The translations under genes were made by a program, and so were the position numbers. A stretch of 64,000 nucleotides of DNA from Vicugna vicugna (Eukaryota): the NCBI GenBank assembly GCA_013265495.1, contig MU058384.1, positions 3,581,239 through 3,645,238 on the forward strand, written 5' to 3'. Shown here in pieces: positions 40,270-54,190 of the stretch (positions within the stretch are counted from its first letter, which is position 1; each line of letters begins with the position of its first letter). The notes under the pieces were generated by a model. That model saw nothing but the letters and a program-made list of their open reading frames with translations. It was not told the origin of the DNA and did no database searches.

Positions 40270-41090
40270 ATTATTCATTCAATTTATAAGTCCTAGGAGG
40301 TACAAGCACCAGAAGCAAGAGAGACCTGGCCTCAGCCCTCCTGCAGCTCACAGTCCAGTGAGATAGACTGACATCAAAAAAAAAAAAATCACAAAAACAC
40401 AAATGTAACTGCAATTGACAAGTCCCCAAAAGACAATGCAGAATGATGTAAGAAGTCCCGAGGAAGTGACACTGAGCTAAAATCTGAAGGTGGAGGAGTT
40501 AGCCCCCTTGTCAGCAAGGAGCCTGATGGTGTGTGACAGAGAGGGCCCGAGAGGCTGGGGCAGGGAGAGGCCAAGAGCGCTACACAAGGCAAGGAGGGCT
40601 GGGTCACATGCAAAGGCCACTTGTAGGCCATGCAAAGAATTTGGGGTTTACTCTTACATGTTAAAAACAACATCAACGACAAAAACAAAAAGGCACTAAA
40701 GGATTTTAAGGGAAAATTTACATACCCAGCTTTGTTGTCTTAAAAACAATTTTTTTAAGTAAACTTTAAAATTTTTAGAATAGTTTTAAATTTACAGAAA
40801 AATTGTGAAGACAGTGTAGAGAGTTCCCATATAGTATGATCTCATGCAATACAGTCAACTTTGCCTCTTAAAGGTGTCTCTGGCCACTGTGAGAAGAAGC
40901 ATAAATTTGAGGGCTCAGGAATGAGTGTGAGGAGATCAAGGGTCCAAAGAGAGAAGAAAGCAGCTTGGATTTAAGGTTTAGTAACAGTGATGAGGGAGAA
41001 AGGTTGATGGACTAGAGATACATATATTGAGGCAGAAGAATTAATAGGACAGACAAAATCAAGAATGATTCTCATGATTCTGGCTTCTAT
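40270..41090. mobile_element. Degenerate L2 fragments, interrupted by a short L1 end near 40750-40835
   Basis: attcattcaa start; gaggaagtgacactgagctaaaatctgaagg; ggccatgcaaagaatttggggtttact; caagaatgattctcatgattctggctt. Similar remnants lie near 16190-16400, 17860-18480, 30560-31100 and 49650-50110. Confidence 0.55.
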
Positions 41091-41344
41091 CACAGTACTT
41101 ACAATACCCCCATGCATTTATTTATTTACAGATCTATTTTCCTATATTAGGCCCCAAGCTCCTTGAATTCAGGGACAGGATCCAATTCTTTGTACCACTT
41201 GCATGTATAAAAGTGTCTGACTCATGGACACCCAAAGAATGTTTCATGAATGAGTTAATTTAAAAACTAAGTGAGGATATTAACTGCAAAGTAAATAAAT
41301 AACAAAGGCCAACCTCACAAATAAGGTAACTTTTAAATCACCTA

Positions 41345-42004
41345 TAGGCATGGTTCCCAAATGATGGACCAAAGACTCATTATATCAGACATTCAGAAAA
41401 TACACCTTTCGCAGCTCTGTTGAGGAATTTCTTCTGGAAAATTCCAATTGAGTAGATCTGAAAGAAATCCAGAAATTTCTCCCCAGGAAATGTTGATGCT
41501 CAACTAGCCAGCTTTGGGAGTCAACATCTAAAACAGTACCTCTCAAACTTCTCTCAACACATACAGATTTGGTAAATTCCCATCAGGAACAACAGACTTC
41601 AGGCAGAGGTGGGGTAAGGGGAAAAGCCAACAGCATTCTCAGCCTTCACTAGATTGGAATCAACTGCGAAACTTTTTTAAAAACACTGATGTGTGGACAC
41701 TATTTCTAGAAATCCTGATTCAGTTGGCCTGGGGTATGCCACGGGTATTGAATGGTGCAAACATTCATTCTCCGGATGACTGTAATGTGCAACCAAGGTT
41801 GAGAACCTTGGACCTGGGTGGGGAGCGTTACTCAATAATTGAGAATCACTGGTCTAGACCAGTGGCTCTCAAACTTAAGTTTGCATTAGAATCACCTTTT
41901 GGGCTTGTTAAAAACCCAGATTCAGAAGGTCTGGAGTGTGGCTTGAGAATCTGCTTTAGAAACAAGTTCCCAGGTGAAGCTGGTCCACATGTTGAGAATC
42001 ACTG
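41345..42004. mobile_element. Cluster of MER5A/MER5B-like hAT-Charlie elements
   Basis: TIRs CAGTGGCTCTCAA (41860) and TTGAGAATCACTG (41992-42004), with further TIR-like ends near 41800 and 41839. More MER5 pieces lie at about 27260-27370. Confidence 0.7.
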
Positions 42005-44249
42005 GTGGGGATAAACGACCGGCAAGAAGTTAGTAACACACTGTTCGTGTATTGATAGTTATTAGTTCCAGCTTCCCAATAAAAAAGAAATAAGATGATC
42101 CAAAAGTGAGTTCTCACTTGACCCAAACCATCCTTGGCAAGAAAGACTGACACAGTCTGCACAGTGCTTTCCCATTATCTGATACTGCTTTTGATCAGCA
42201 CAAGCACTTTTCAAGGTAGACATAAAGGGTATAGTTATTCTCATTTCAGAGTTGAGAAGAATACGGTTAAAGAAATGAAGCAATTCATGGTGATGCAGCT
42301 AATTTATGGCAGCCCCAAAGCACAAACTTTACTGGCATCATGTCCAGTACCTTCTACTGAAAGATGCTACCATTCCCTTTAACTCTAGGCCTGGGACATG
42401 AATCTGGAATATAGCTGGGAAGAATCTTGAATTCTTCGAGTAGTTTTGATTAACACCCTGAAAATTCAAATGAACCTGGACCAAGTCAGGCATTCCCCCC
42501 AAATTTCTCAAACTACATAGAAAATTTCATAAGCCAAAGCCCATGCCAAAACTCCATTAGTCTGTCAAGTTACATTCAAAACCAATACCCTTAGGAAATC
42601 ATGAATTAGAATAAATCTGCACTCCCATGGCAAGGAGTTTAGGAATTTTCCTTCCTCTCTTCTTATGTTTTTATGTACCTACTTACTGCATCCTCTCATC
42701 TACTGTGCTGTCTCTTCCTAACTTAGGTACCACTCAGCTGATCAGCTCTTTTTGTAACCTCAGAGATTCCCATCCTTTTGAAGTGAATACCCTCTGAGTA
42801 GAACACATTAACCCATGGGCTTATTATTTTATCATCTGTATCACTCTGGAGGATTAAAAATAGATATTGTAGACTATAAAACAATTCTGTAAATAGCTAC
42901 AGCTTCATTCATTAATTCAAAAATATTTATTGAATGCTAATGCTCATTTCATTTGCATGAGTAGGTTGAAGAGTTTGGGTTTTTTGGTTTTTGGAACTGG
43001 TAATAACAAAAAGTTTAAAACAGAAAAACACTAATTGCCTTCTAAATGAAGAATATATGATTAATTTTGAAGAATTACTTAACAATTTTCAAAGATGACT
43101 TTTAGAACAGTCAATCACAGGTATCCAGAAACCATACCATATTTATAAACTTTTGGGGTTAAAATGATAAAATTCTAGAGTTAAGCTTCTTTCTCAAAAT
43201 GAATTAATAATATTTCAATTAAAACTTTAATTAGATCAGTATTTTAGAGGGACTGACTCCACTTCATCACAATAAACATTAAGCCCAGGAACCACATACC
43301 ACAAAGCCCAGAGTACTTTGACAAATTACAGAAAACCATTAGCTGATAGAAGGCTTGATCTGGGAGCATTTATGGCTGTGATCCACAGGGATCGAGGGTG
43401 ACTTTCTGAAGAATGCCACCCCTCAACAAGAGGAAATAAAGGAAAAAAGAAAAACTCTCACTGGGTTTGTTTACTGCTTACTGGTACAAATTAAAGAACC
43501 ATGAAATAATTTTGCAATAAGGTTTCAAACAAACTTCTGACTGAAAAATAAACAAAATGGTTAAGAACTCTATCTACTCATGAAACAGTATCAGTATCTC
43601 AGGGATAAGAATAGTCCATGTGCATCTGAACTGTAACTGGTACCAACATGGAGCTCCCTAGAATAAGTGTTCCACGAGTGCAGACATTCAGAAGAGGCTG
43701 CCGCAGAAAACTCCACACCTTAGTGCCGAAGAACGTTAAACTTATAGCAGCTGCCTGCCTGCGCGCTGGTCATTTATTAGCTATATCACCATGAAATACT
43801 TAATGTTCTCATCTCCGCAGCTAAGCATTTGTGGATAAACCCACTCAAGTTGTCAGGTGGTAGAATGTCTGCACAGATTACGAGGATCCCCTTTGTTGAA
43901 CAACTCTCCTCAGTGTGCAATGGATACAGTGATGGGGGGTGAGGGGGAGAGGAAGACAGACACCAATAAAGGTGGGAGAGAGAAAAACAGACAAAGCAGA
44001 CCAAATAATTCTGTTTCTTTTCTAGTGAGAGGGCATGAAAGCTTAAGGGAAAAACAAAAAAAAAATCAGTCTGCAGAAAGAGGAGGAACGAGAAATCAGG
44101 CACTCGGAGTAAAGCAGTTTTGGTACTTCCCTACAGTCCTGCTGCACTCCTGCCCTTGGGCTCTGAGGGATCGCATATTCTCAGAAATATCCCCCTTTTC
44201 TATTGAAGCTAGCTCAAGATGGTTTCTGTTGTACATACAAGTGCACATG

Positions 44250-44253
<4 letters not shown>

Positions 44254-44300
<47 letters not shown>
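44254..44300 (+). repeat. Perfect (CA)23 microsatellite
   Basis: Read directly from the sequence. Confidence 0.97.
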
Positions 44301-44302
<2 letters not shown>

Positions 44303-47300
44303 CTACCCCAACTGTGGCGAAGGAAAAGGAACACTGCTGAATTTCATTTAAGACGAAAATAGAGGAATAATTACTAGCCTTTATTCTCAGTATAATTCAT
44401 TCTATTAGGGCAAACCTCTAAGAATTCAATTTTAGAATCTTCAGTGTTGCCACATTCTAGACTGGGTTTCAGGACAGACTTCCAGGGTGAATTATTTATA
44501 CCTGAGTTCTCAGGGGACAGAGTAAACTACTAACAGCTGGCAGCTGGTACCCAATTGTTCTAAATAAAGAGACTTACTATGTGTGCAAATCACTAAGAGA
44601 GGAAAACGCTGAAGTTTGCTCTCTGACCTTTTTCTTAAAAATCATAATTGCACAGACTCGAGTCCCTTACTTCCTAAAGATTTATGCCAATGAACAGCTG
44701 CGTCCTGCCGCACCTCCTCAACCCTTCACCTCAGAGGCAATCATTTTAAATTCTTTCAGCTGTTTCTTCTGATATTTCACTCTATTCCTAAATAATACAC
44801 TCAGATAATGCATTAATTATTTTCACTTTCAGATTTTATCTTTTGACTTCCTACTATGGAAGACGGGGCAAAGCAACACGTACATTAGAAAATATAAATG
44901 CATACAACAAAATCCGCTCAGCTGCCTTACTGACACTGCACAACAGAATTTTTAAATTATAATGCAAATTAACTGACAAAATCCTTAAATTTTCTGTTGG
45001 AACTAATCAGCACAATTCAAAGTTCAAAGCAGTGACTTCTACATTAAAGCGAAGGCTTAACATTCCTCACTCCTTTTAGATCTATTTCTTCATGTGTCTG
45101 CATTAGGTTATGAATTAGACACGGATATGGTGTGATTCTTAAAGAAAAATGTTAGTACTAAATGATTCTGAAAATGTTCTGCAGTTATAAATCAAGGTAT
45201 TTAAAATCAAGTCTTACAAATTTCTTTCTAATTAATGTATGTTGTTCCATTTTATAGGAAATTATTTTCATTTGTCACCTGGTATTTAACTTGAAAATTA
45301 TGCTTCACTTCATCAAAAGATCTTTCCAGCATGACCATAATTACCTTAAGAATTTTCTAATTTAAACAAGGCAAATGGAAAAATTCTTTGGGGACACACA
45401 GAAAAACCAATATATCAACAAACTTGGGAGTTATTTGTTCATACATACAAATATCTTAACCATTAAGTATAGAAAGCTTAACGAGATTTATCAATAGAGT
45501 ACATATTACAATTGATTGTAGAAAAAAATAAAAATATGTATCTGTAACTTTAGTTAACCATCAGGATACCAATAAAATGATTCCAAATTTGTAAAATTAT
45601 AAAATTTTGCAATCTAGTCAATACTGACTTAAACACAAAAGAAAAGCAAGTTTTCTCCTCGAAAAATATCATTTTCTTATCTCAACAGGACTTCCCACTT
45701 TAAATTCAGTTTTATTAATTACTACTTCAGACATAAAGTGAAAACCTTATTTCAATACAATTGTTTGCAGGCTTTTAAGGTCAGTGTGACTAAAGGATAT
45801 CATAAATTTTCATATAATTTACATTCACTTATATTTACAAACATTCATTTAGTATATCCATGCCCTGGAAACCAGGGACAAAGCAATGAAACAGACAAGT
45901 CCTACCCTGTAATCAGGCAACATACTTTATTAACACAAAATGTATTCAGTGCTACAATATCCTTGCAAGAATTAAACAAATGTGCGAATGAAAATATTCT
46001 CATTATTAAAAAAGAAACCAAAGATGACTACATTAAGATGCTTTCTTAATATGAGTGATGAAGTTTGGTGAACGTTTTCCACAAAGCAAAAAATGTGACA
46101 GAGTTACAAAGACATTTATATCTAGGATTCCTGAAAGGCACAGAACATTAAACAACTCTTTGATCATTTGAAGAATTTAATTGTCATTCCTACAGATGTT
46201 AACAATTAGCATCATATCATTAGCCACACAATATCTTGTGGTTTGAGGAACAAGTAGAGGAATTAAAAGCACCTATCTCAAAAGATGAAGTAAAATGATC
46301 ACTTGAAGCTGCATAGGAGCTCACATTCAGCCACGTTTCTTGCCTATTTACTTTGACTGACCTTTTTTTTGTGAGTAAGGGGGACTAGGTAAAGTTGAAA
46401 TGAAAGGTTTGTGAGACAGAGTACATATTCAGCTATACTATCTGTTTACTTTGGCTGACCTTTTTTTTATGGGGAAGGGGAAGAAAAAGAAGTATCTGCT
46501 TGTAGAAATCTCTGTGCTAATAAACATAAGGATCAAAAAAAGCCCATCAACCACACCAAAGTTAAGACACTTACTGTATAAAGGCAAATCCCACAAGAGT
46601 AAATGTGACAACGATAAAAGGTATTTCTGTATCTGCTGCTTTGTTAAAGGCTTTGAAATTTACTACAATCCAACTAGAGGCCATTTTCACACTTCTGCAA
46701 CAAAGTAAAGCTATTTATCTTATTTTACAATTAAGCATTATAATTAACTATCACATTTATTAGAAGGTAGTAATAGTAAGAAACATTTTCAGCACATTAC
46801 TTTACACGAGCAAATGCAGCTTACTTTTCTCTCAAATGTTATTTTGAAAATTACCAACCCTCAGAAAAATTCAAAGAATAATATATTGAACATCCATATA
46901 CCCTTCATCTAGATTCACCAATTGTTAAAATTTTGCCACATTTGCTTTATCTTTCTCTAAACATACACATATAAACTATCTCTGCTGAACCATCTAAAAA
47001 TAAACTGCAGACATCATGACTTGAGTGGCTTTTTGTGATTCTGCTTGTTTTTAGCAATTTTGATTAGAAATATGAGAGTATATATCTATAGTGATATGGC
47101 ACTGAGTACAAAGTTTGAAGAACATATTTGTGAATGAAAAAGAGAAGGAAACAAAAACTGACACAGGCCCAGCACTATGTGAACTGCCTTGTATATACTG
47201 ATACTTAAATCTCATAACAATGTATTTTATGAGAGAGGAATCAACAGCTCAGAAATTATTCAGGCTTAATAAGAGACTATATATAACAATAGATAATAAT

Positions 47301-50300
47301 GGCAAATCCAGGATTTTAAGCTGTATCTCTTTTTCTGTTACAGCCTGCAGCCTCTCTAAGAAACAATTTTTATAAATATATAGATAATATATAATAATTT
47401 ACAGGAAAAGACAGGTTGCAATAGAGTACAAGTGGTCATGTGGTTATGGATTTGACTAAAAGGACCCACACACGGTCAGCTTTGCATAAGGTACCTACTG
47501 TCCTGGTTCACACTGCACCATATTCACAAGGCACTCTTCCCCACCTCACCTTGACTGTGCCACTACAATTTCTACTCAAAAAGCAACATAACTATGTTAT
47601 TCAAGTAACGCTAGGTAAGGTATGAAGGATGAATACTCTCCTTACAGTACCTGCATTTTAAAATAGGAATCTTATTGTTACTATTTATATTCTCACTTAA
47701 AATATCTGCTATTTCTTTGAGCACTTACTACGCGCCACGAGTGTTTATACTTTCCTTTAGTCCTCTGAACATCTCCAAAAGGCAGTTATCATTTCCTATA
47801 TTTCACAGGTAATAAATGGAGGAGCCAGTCTTTCACCTCAAGTCTAACTGACTCGAAGCCTCATACGCTCACCCCACCACACAGGGGGTTTCTAACCCAC
47901 AGAACTTTCCTCTCTGTCTCCACAGAGCAGGAGAAGGGAAGGGACAGGACTGATTCTAAGTAAACTCGCACCCCATCCTTTACTTTTCTCTTACCTCTTT
48001 ATTAATTTGGACCTTTATTAAGTTATAATTTATGAGTAGAGATTTAGAAAAAGCGAACAATTCTATTGTATCTGGGACTTAAATATTCTTTCTGAATAAA
48101 ACTGTTACAAAGTCTTAGTCTTACATTGTGCACTCTAATCCCTCCCAATGAACCCTTAGAATTATATAATTTTAAGTTGAACAATATTGGTTTTTTTTTT
48201 CTGGGGTAAATCCCACATATATCTTCAAACTCAAGTATATTTTAATAACATGGTAATATAGTTCACTTAAAGACAGATCATCTAATTTGTATTTACTATA
48301 ATAACACTGCACTTATTTAGGAATCTGACTTTTGGAAGGAACAATAAAACAGGAAACCAAAAAAATACAGAAAAGTGTGTATATGGGATAAATGGCTCTT
48401 TTTAAGTCTGTGAATTTTCTTAAGTGAGCAAATTAAAAACTGTACACACAAAAGCAGAATACTATGACAGCTGGAAGTGGAGAAACATGAGGATAACACA
48501 TAGAAAGTGAAAGAAAAAAACTATAAAGAAAATTTTCTGGGGCTGTAGTTCCTCAGAACAGGTCTACATTAGGCAGAACAGATCAAAAACTGGTAACAGC
48601 TTCAGCCATGGTCAGAGGCAGTCAGAATTTTGCTAAGGTAGATTTAAGACTGTGATCCTAAGTTATACCTCAAACCTATGTTGTATATTAGATTTTTATT
48701 ACTTATTTGGTGAAACAGAATGAGCTACAATACAGGTAAAGGAGTTAAAGCTTTTTCTTATTAAATATATCCATGTAAAAAAATAATATGGAACTTGCAT
48801 TTTATAATACTACAATATCCATCATGTCAGTTTTGATAAAATGCCCACCATAAAAACTATTTTAAAAGCTTATAGCAAACTATAAATTGGCAAATAAATG
48901 AAAACTTATATTTGAAGAGCTTATGGTACAGAAACTAGCCATACAGAATCCAAAGTGATAGCTGTATAATTATCAGTGCTAACAACTAAACAGATTACTG
49001 CTGGTCCTATGTCTCAAAAAATTTTTTTTTGTAAAATGTTTTTTCTGGCACTAAAAATATCATCAATCCAATGAGATTTAAAATTCTTCAGAGGATAAAT
49101 TTAACTCATGTCACATGGCATAAAAATCTACCCAAAATGCACCTTTTCTGACCTTTCCAATGAGTGGTCACACACACAAATAATGAGACTAAATTCACAC
49201 AAGGCATTGGTATAATTAAAGTCATATTCTCAACATGTGCTGAGAGTTACAAATATGCATACCTGTGATACATACATTCAAAAATGAAGGTTTTTTCAAA
49301 TAATTTTGGTTTCGATTTCTATTCATTTTCTTTTGCATGAGAAATTCTTTGATAATCTTATATTGGAACACAATTAGTAGCCTCCAATTACATTTAGTAT
49401 GAAGGTGGAACAGTAATTTAGTAGCTATAATGTATGTTAAGATTAAAATCCTATTTCTGGGAGAAAAAAGATGTTGCTTCTATACACTGCTAGTGAAGAA
49501 ATTTGGTTTAAGTGTTTTTTTCTCCACTTCATATTGGGAAAATGTTTACCAATTTCGCAGGAAAAGAAGAATTTTTTAAGGCTTGCTTAGGGATAGTGTT
49601 CTCATTAACAGAGACAAATTATGTAGATAAATACGCAAGACTTGCAGAGGGAAGAAAGGGTAGAAATAAAGAGTTTAGCATGAGATGAGTGTTTGGACAC
49701 TCAGGTACCTGCATCCAGCACAGAGCGGACCAGGCAGCTGGAAGCTCTCAAGAGAGGTCAGAGCTGGAAAAGGGGAGTTGGCATTGGCACTTAGAATGGA
49801 TGTGTCATAAAGTACTAAGCCAAAGACTGCCAAGTTCAAGGGGGAGAGAAAGTGATTCCATTATGAAGCATAAGAAAGAAGGGTCAGGGGAGGATGAGAA
49901 AAACAAAAAAAGAACATGGAATCCCTGGGGTAGGGAGTTTCCAGAAGGAAGGTTTGATCCAGAACATGGAAGACAGCAGCACGGTCCAGTACGACAAGTG
50001 CTGGTAAGGGGACTGGACATGGTATTACTGAGGTCACCGACAGCTTTTGCCAGAGCAGTTTCAGTAAAGAAGTGGGGCAAAGGCCAGCTGTGGGTTTAGG
50101 AGTAAATGGACACAGAGCCATAAGTGTCCAAGACCATAAGCTTTCAAGGGTCTATGGAAGTGTCTAAGAGCTGAAAATTAAAATCAATTTTTAATTAAGT
50201 GTATCTAAATTAACATTATTAATTGGTAATTTTTGTATTAAACATTTTGTTCCATTTGAAAACAGTTTTTAGGTTAATTTTTTACTTCACAAAAATTTCT

Positions 50301-53195
50301 AAGTAAGCATAATAATTGCCTAGAAATCATAATTAATCATAAGTGAGCCAGTCACTGCCAAACAACTTCAAAAGCTAAAGTATAAAAATCTTTTCAAGAG
50401 AATGAGCCCTGTTTAATCCATGATGTGGATCCACTGCATAGATTCAAACAATACAGGGTAAGATCTCCTAAGGAGAGCACCGGAGAACTGCAAAGGCCTT
50501 AAAAGGCCCTGCTAAATGGAGCTTAAGAGGACACTAAAAGCTTGGCCAAGAAGGAAAGAGAAGTTAAAGGAAAATACAGGATAAAGGAAGAACTTACAGG
50601 CTCAGGGGAAAATCAAGACAGAGTGGTAGACTGATGATACTGCAGAGAGAAGAGGTGATTTCATGGAACAAAGTAATGAAGGACACAGCAGCGTAGGGCC
50701 CAAGAGCGCTCATGCCCAAGGATCCTGAACAGCAGAGGAGAAATGGATAGGTAGAGATTCAGAAACATTTACAGGCTTGCAGTGGTAATTGAGATAATTT
50801 GTGCTTGAGCCCTACAGTTATACGTTGTTTTAAAGAGAGAGATGAGGTCTTTTAGCTGAAAGTGCAGGGAACAGGGTTAAGGAGGTGGCTTAAAAGAAGC
50901 AAAGGTTGAGAATCATGATGAAGAATTAGCCCAGTATTTTCAAGTATGCCCTCTGACGTAATTCTTATAATCACCTTGTGAGCTGTGAGGACAGATACTA
51001 CTAATTCTATTTTACATGTAAAGAAACCTGAACTCCTAGTTACATAGAAAAATTATCTATTCCAATGTCTTTTTCAACTATGTTAAAGATCTCATATTAC
51101 TTAATTATAATCTCAATCTTTCCAAATGCTTACAGATACACCTATGATGGTTTTGATCTTGTAGTATGTCACAGAACTATGACCTAAGCCATTTCTCTCC
51201 CAAGAAGCATCAAACATCTATCCACAATCTCGTCTTGCTCAGGATTCAGGAAAGAAGCAAAGCCTCATTCTTGAGTGGAGAGAAATAATCTATAAAAATA
51301 CTGATTCACCATGTTGTATACCTGAAATTAATATGGTATTATAAATCAACCATACTTCAATAAAAAAGTAGACAGACTATGAAGACTCTCTGTCACAAAC
51401 TGTAATGATTTCTAAGCATAGTTAGGTACCAGCAAGATTTCAGAGTTCCAGAGTTCACATTCAAAAGCCCAGTCTTAACAAATACTCCTAAGACAAATCG
51501 ACATCAACAAAGGTAAGGCATTTCCCAACTAGGTGCTTAGGGATACTTGAGTATGTAGATAAAACCGGGAGTTGTCAGTAGCATTAAGGTAATAATGACA
51601 ATTTTGAAAAGAAAAAATAGGAGTCACTAGGTTTTCCCCTTTAATTAAAAACACAACAGCAGAATGGATTTAAGATGTTCAAAGATTAATGCCCCTACCT
51701 CAGCCGTCAAGCCCTTGGTAATCAGTTTCAAAAACCAGAAAAGTCTTGGAAATCCAACCCTTTTGAGCCTGAAAGTGATGCCACGTAAGAGAGAAGATTC
51801 CAAGTTTGCCCCTTGTCCTGCTCAGCCCACCTGGGGGAGCTCACATTACTGGCTGTCCACATCTGGCTGACATCCTCTCCTGCGGTCTCTCTGACAAACT
51901 GCATGCTCTGGTTCTCCTCCTGTTTTGGGTGGCCTGTTCCCTTCTTCCTTCCAACATTAATTCCTTCCTAAAGAGGTTTTTTTTGCTCTTCTTTCTCTAA
52001 ACTTATCTCCTTTTGATTTATTCATTCTTACAGACTAAACCATCAGTGAGCTAATGGCCTTTAAATCTGTATTTACAGCCCTAACCTCCAGCCAATGATA
52101 TAGCTCCTCAGATGCAGTTTGGAAAAGTTAGGATGGGGGTGGGGTGGGCGGTGGTGGTGAAAAATTGGTAAGTTTTCTCTGCTTGTTGGCCATGTTGCCA
52201 TTTTTTGGCTCCATGCTAAAAATTCTATAATCACTCCATACTGTTTCATACAGACTATTAAAAAAAACAAAACCTGGTTATGGAGTCCTTTTAACTGAGA
52301 GCTGGAAGCCTTAGTGTGATTATATTTCCCAGTCTGTCTGCCTGCTGCTTATATTGGATCAGTCAAAAAAAAAAAAAAAAAAAAACAAACCAGCCAGAGT
52401 ATATAATTTCTCCCAAGGCATTATTATAATTTATTCTTAGAAGTACATTCCATACAAGCAGTTACATAGCTTCTACTATATCAAATATGACTCAGAAGTA
52501 AAGGAGAGAGGAAGTCTGGGTAGTTGAAGCAATGAGGCCATGTAAATCCAAAATTCTTAGTGTATCCTCACAAAACCCAATACAGAACAACAAAAAGAAC
52601 AAATAAAACCACACAAAACTCAGGCCTTCAACACATCCAAATTTATGATTACATGTAAAAAGAAAAACAAAAACAGAATCCTAATGGACATTCTCCCATG
52701 GGCTAGATCTAAGCCTTACTGGACAGCAAGGGGAATTAAGGAAAAACTGAGCAGAACAGAGAAGAGCTAGAATCAGGTCTAAAACTGATTTAAAGCCACT
52801 ACCAGGGAAAGAAAGCCCATCCCATGAGTGAAAATACTAAAAAAGCTTAACTCAGAATAGAGTACAGATTTTAAAGTGCATAGGACACAAAGAGGTATTT
52901 TAGAATGTTAATAGTATAAAAGGGAAAAGAGGATTAAAAGGAAGGAGAGGTACCAACCCTAAACCATCAGTCTTGTACACGGATATGCAGAAACACATAA
53001 AGTCTTTATCTATTAAAAAAAACATAAAAATAAAATGAGTATCATAAACTCAAAAAATTCACCTGACAAAAGATCACCTCAAAAAAAATAGCAAAGTCTA
53101 AGAAAATTGTGGTATAACATTCTAAACTGAATTAATATCTTCAAACAAGCATTTGGGGATGTGAAGGGAAAAAAAAAAAACTTGACCTAGATCAG

Positions 53196-53998
53196 TGTAG
53201 TATAACATGAAATGTATTTGCTCTTTGTCCCCAGTTCCTGGCATAGAGCCCCTAGAACCCCTGGGATTTCCAGAATGATAGGAGTGTCTTTTATTATTCA
53301 CAAAGATCCCCTTTTGAGCACACCTGAGTTTATGTTAGTGAGGTGACTGAGGATGGAGTCCTTCCAACAGTCTCATATTGGGACTCCTCACCAGAAAGAC
53401 CAAGTGACTAGAGGGTTGTAATTTTCAGCCCCACCTACTGAACACCCAGGGAAGAGGGAGGGCTGGAAATTAAGCTCTATTAGAACTCTTAGACAACCAG
53501 ATTTGATGAGCTGTGAGGTTGGTGAACACATCCACGTACTGGGAGGGTGGTGCACCCCGGGTCCATGGAGACAGAAGCTTCTGCACTCATGACCCTTCCC
53601 GACCTCACCCTCTACCACTTCATCTGGCTGTTCATCTTTATCCTTCATAATATCTTTTATAATAAACTGGTAAATATAAGTAAATGTTTCCCTGAGCTTT
53701 ATGAGACATTCCAGCAAATTAACAAACCTGAGGAATGGCTCATGGGAACCCCAATTTACAGCTAGTTAGTCACAAGTACAAGTGACAATCTAGGCTTCAA
53801 TTGGCATCTGAAGTGGGGACAGTCTCATGGAACTGAGCTCTTAACCTGTGGGATATGATGTTATCTCCAGGTAGACAGTGTCAGAATTGAGTTAACTTTG
53901 TAGGACTCACAGTTGGTGTCTGCTGAGAACTGGAGAATTTTTTGGTGTGGGAAAACCCCACACACATCTGGTGTCAGAAGTAAAGTTTTCCCCTTACA
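53196..53998 (+). mobile_element. MER21-like solo LTR
   Basis: TG...CA ends with flanks atcag/atcaa. Internal motifs cacacctgagtttatgttagtgaggtgact, ggtgaacacatccacgtactgggagggtgg and ccaggtagacagtgtcagaattgag. Confidence 0.82.
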
Positions 53999-54030
53999 AT
54001 CAAGAATTCAAGAACAAAGAAAAGAAGTTG

Positions 54031-54190
54031 GAGGGGGAGGGTATAGCTCAAGTGGCAGAGCACATGCTTAGTATGCATGAGGTCCTGGGTTCAATCCCCA
54101 GGATCTCCTCTAAAAGTAAAATAAATAAATAAATAGACCTTCCCACATCCCCCAAATAAAATAAAATAAAATATATTCTTTAAAAAAAAA
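54031..54190 (+). mobile_element. vic-1-like SINE
   Basis: ggggagggtatagctcaagtggcagagcacatgcttagtatgcatgaggtcctgggttcaatcccc followed by a (TAAA)n and A-rich tail. Confidence 0.88.

Noticed and set aside
54031..54110. tRNA gene
   Set aside because: A and B boxes are present, but the body and AT-rich tail are shared with three diverged copies, two with TSDs. It is a SINE, not a tRNA.
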